This document shows positions 25,623 to 27,307 of a stretch of DNA of 27,307 nucleotides, in pieces. The notes under the pieces are model-generated. The model was not told where the DNA came from, searched no databases, and was given only the letters and a program-made list of their open reading frames with translations. The translations under genes were made by a program, and so were the position numbers. How positions within the stretch are numbered: position 1 is the first letter of the stretch; the number at the start of each line of letters is the position of its first letter. Source of the DNA: an uncultured Phycisphaerae bacterium (GTDB taxonomy: Bacteria > Planctomycetota > Phycisphaerae > Sedimentisphaerales > Anaerohalosphaeraceae); assembly GCA_965369915.1 (NCBI GenBank), contig CBDUSK010000001.1:1-27307 (forward strand). The letters are read 5' to 3'.

Positions 25623-25765
25623 GTTGATTTTAAATGTTATTAAACGTATTTTGTAGAAGAAAGCTTTGATGGATTTCTAGTAAAATAAGAATAAAGGTTC
25701 TAGTGTTTTGGATTTTCTTACCTTAGGTATAATTATTATGTTTTTAAACATACTGATAGGATGAT

Positions 25766-26494
25766 ATGAATAGAATAAAAACGGCTGTAATTCTAGCGGG
25801 GGGTGCAGGTACAAGAATGAATCCTTGTACTGGAAAGAAGCTAAGACCAGACAGACCGAAACCGATGATTGAAATAGCTGGCAAGCCAATACTTCACTGG
25901 ATTCTCGAGAAATGGTTGTCTGCCTACGAGATTAGCCATGTCGTTTTTGGAGTTGCGTATAAAAAAGAGTTCCTTATCGACTATTTCACAACAAATAATA
26001 TGGGTATGAAAATCGATTTTAGTGAGCACTCTGTTGAGGGGGGAACAGGTGAAGGATTCAAAAAGGCCATAAGTAGATTTGTGAATGACGAAGTTTTCCT
26101 TGCAATGAATGGCGATGAATTGACAAATTTAGACATTAACAAATTAGTTGAATCTCATGTTCAAAACGATGGCATTGCAACGATAGTTACGGCTCCTCTT
26201 AAAGCATCATATGGTGTATTGGCAATAGATGAACATAATACAATAACAGGCTTTCACGAAAAACAAGCATGCCATGATATTCCTGTAAGTGCAGGCATAT
26301 ATGTGTTTAACCGAGAAATTGTTGATTATATACCCTCTACAGGATCAATAGAAAGAGTAACTTTTCATGATCTTGCTAAAAAGAAATTATTGAAGGCATA
26401 TCGATTACCTATTAATAAAAAATGGTTTACAGTGAACAATCTGAAGCAGCTTGAAATAACAAAGAAAGAAATAGTTACTTTATGGAGTACTTAG
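25766..26494 (+). CDS. Sugar-phosphate nucleotidyltransferase (NTP_transferase family)
   Basis: AVILAGGAGTRM, PKPMIEIAGKPIL, GGTG, MNGDELT, YGVL, SAGIYVF. Confidence 0.88.
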   Translation: MNRIKTAVILAGGAGTRMNPCTGKKLRPDRPKPMIEIAGKPILHWILEKWLSAYEISHVVFGVAYKKEFLIDYFTTNNMGMKIDFSEHSVEGGTGEGFKKAISRFVNDEVFLAMNGDELTNLDINKLVESHVQNDGIATIVTAPLKASYGVLAIDEHNTITGFHEKQACHDIPVSAGIYVFNREIVDYIPSTGSIERVTFHDLAKKKLLKAYRLPINKKWFTVNNLKQLEITKKEIVTLWST

Positions 26495-26495
26495 A

Positions 26496-27307
26496 ATGGA
26501 AAAAGTATTAATTACAGGAATAACCGGTTTCATTGGTGGGGAACTAGCCCATAAACTTATATCAAAATACGAAGTGCATGGAATTGCAAAACAATGTAGA
26601 TCAAGAAACACAAGCTCTCTTAAAGATATTGTCAAAGAAGTCATCGTGCACGAAGTAGATATAACAGATTATATGTCAATAGAAAGCCTGATAAACAGAA
26701 TAAAACCAGATAAAATAGTACATCTTGCGGCTTTATCTCCTGTCAGAGCTTCCTTCGAACACCCATTGGACTATAATCGAGTGACAGCAACAGGAACGAT
26801 TCATATAGCACATGCGCTGCATAGCCTTAGTGATTATAAAAACCGAAGACTCATTGTTGCGTCAACAGCAGAAGTATATGGGCTACAACCAAAAGACGAA
26901 CCCTATACAGAGAATTTGGCACTTTTTCCCTCCAGTCCTTATGCATGCGCAAAAGCATATAGTGATTTATATATGAGAATGATGATAAATGTATATGATA
27001 TTAATTGTGTTATCTTGAGATGTGTAAATACTTATGGCAGGAAATACGACAAAAGTTTTTATATCGAATATATTATTAATAAAATGCTGAAGAGCGAAGA
27101 AATATATATAGGTGCGCCCAATTCAATCAGGGATTATATGTATGTTGATGATCACGTTAATGCCTATTTATTAGCAATAGAATCGCCAAATGCAAAAGGG
27201 CATGTTTTCAATGTATCTACTGGTTTTGGTATAAGCAACAAAGATACTGCTTTAAAAATTGCTGAAATTATTGGATACGATAAGAACAGATTACACCTTG
27301 GAGAGTA
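26496..27307 (+). CDS. Extended-SDR NDP-sugar 4,6-dehydratase/epimerase (GDP-mannose / dTDP-glucose dehydratase-like), truncated by the window end
   Basis: Absent from the ORF track because it has no stop. My translation from ATG 26496 (GGAG at 26484-26487): MEKVLITGITGFIG, HLAALSPV..SF, ASTAEVYG, YACAK, LRCVNTYG, RDYMYVDD, FNVSTG. Open to 27307. Confidence 0.9.
   Translation, partial: MEKVLITGITGFIGGELAHKLISKYEVHGIAKQCRSRNTSSLKDIVKEVIVHEVDITDYMSIESLINRIKPDKIVHLAALSPVRASFEHPLDYNRVTATGTIHIAHALHSLSDYKNRRLIVASTAEVYGLQPKDEPYTENLALFPSSPYACAKAYSDLYMRMMINVYDINCVILRCVNTYGRKYDKSFYIEYIINKMLKSEEIYIGAPNSIRDYMYVDDHVNAYLLAIESPNAKGHVFNVSTGFGISNKDTALKIAEIIGYDKNRLHLGE

Noticed and set aside
25675-25704. Repeated TTCTAGT as an IS target-site duplication
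   Set aside because: Only 7 bp in very AT-rich DNA, with no terminal inverted repeats or transposase remnant.
1-27307. tRNA, rRNA, riboswitch, integrase or transposase
   Set aside because: All spacers are 220 nt or shorter, none shows a cloverleaf or recognisable RNA motif, and no ORF has mobile-element motifs.

Overview
Gene-dense bacterial chromosomal window; all genes are on + except nfi. The host is a diderm, probably Planctomycetota (Phycisphaerae-like); this is inferred only from gene order and a PVC-type insertion in BamA. Block 1 (1-10345) is a housekeeping run: 3' end of probable rpsF, ssb, rpsR, rplI, dnaB, bamA, skp, lpxD, lpxC-fabZ fusion, lpxA and a GnnA-like oxidoreductase. Block 2 (10386-16312) has nfi and uvrA head-to-head across a structured spacer, then mtnA and a DUF354-type protein. 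Block 3 (16524-27307) is a lower-GC surface-glycan locus: a legionaminic-acid-type pathway (LegB, LegC, PglD/NeuD-like, NeuB/LegI, NeuC/LegG, PtmE-like), a second NeuB-family protein with a remodelled active site, an SpsF-type cytidylyltransferase, a GT-B transferase with an HP motif, and two still more AT-rich nucleotide-sugar genes, the last cut by the window edge. The strongest lead is the second NeuB, whose PEP-binding residues appear systematically replaced, together with its two translationally coupled partners. The overlapping divergent promoters and palindrome between nfi and uvrA come next. I saw no tRNA, rRNA, CRISPR array, transposase or integrase. All assignments are motif recognition by eye; no searches were run.
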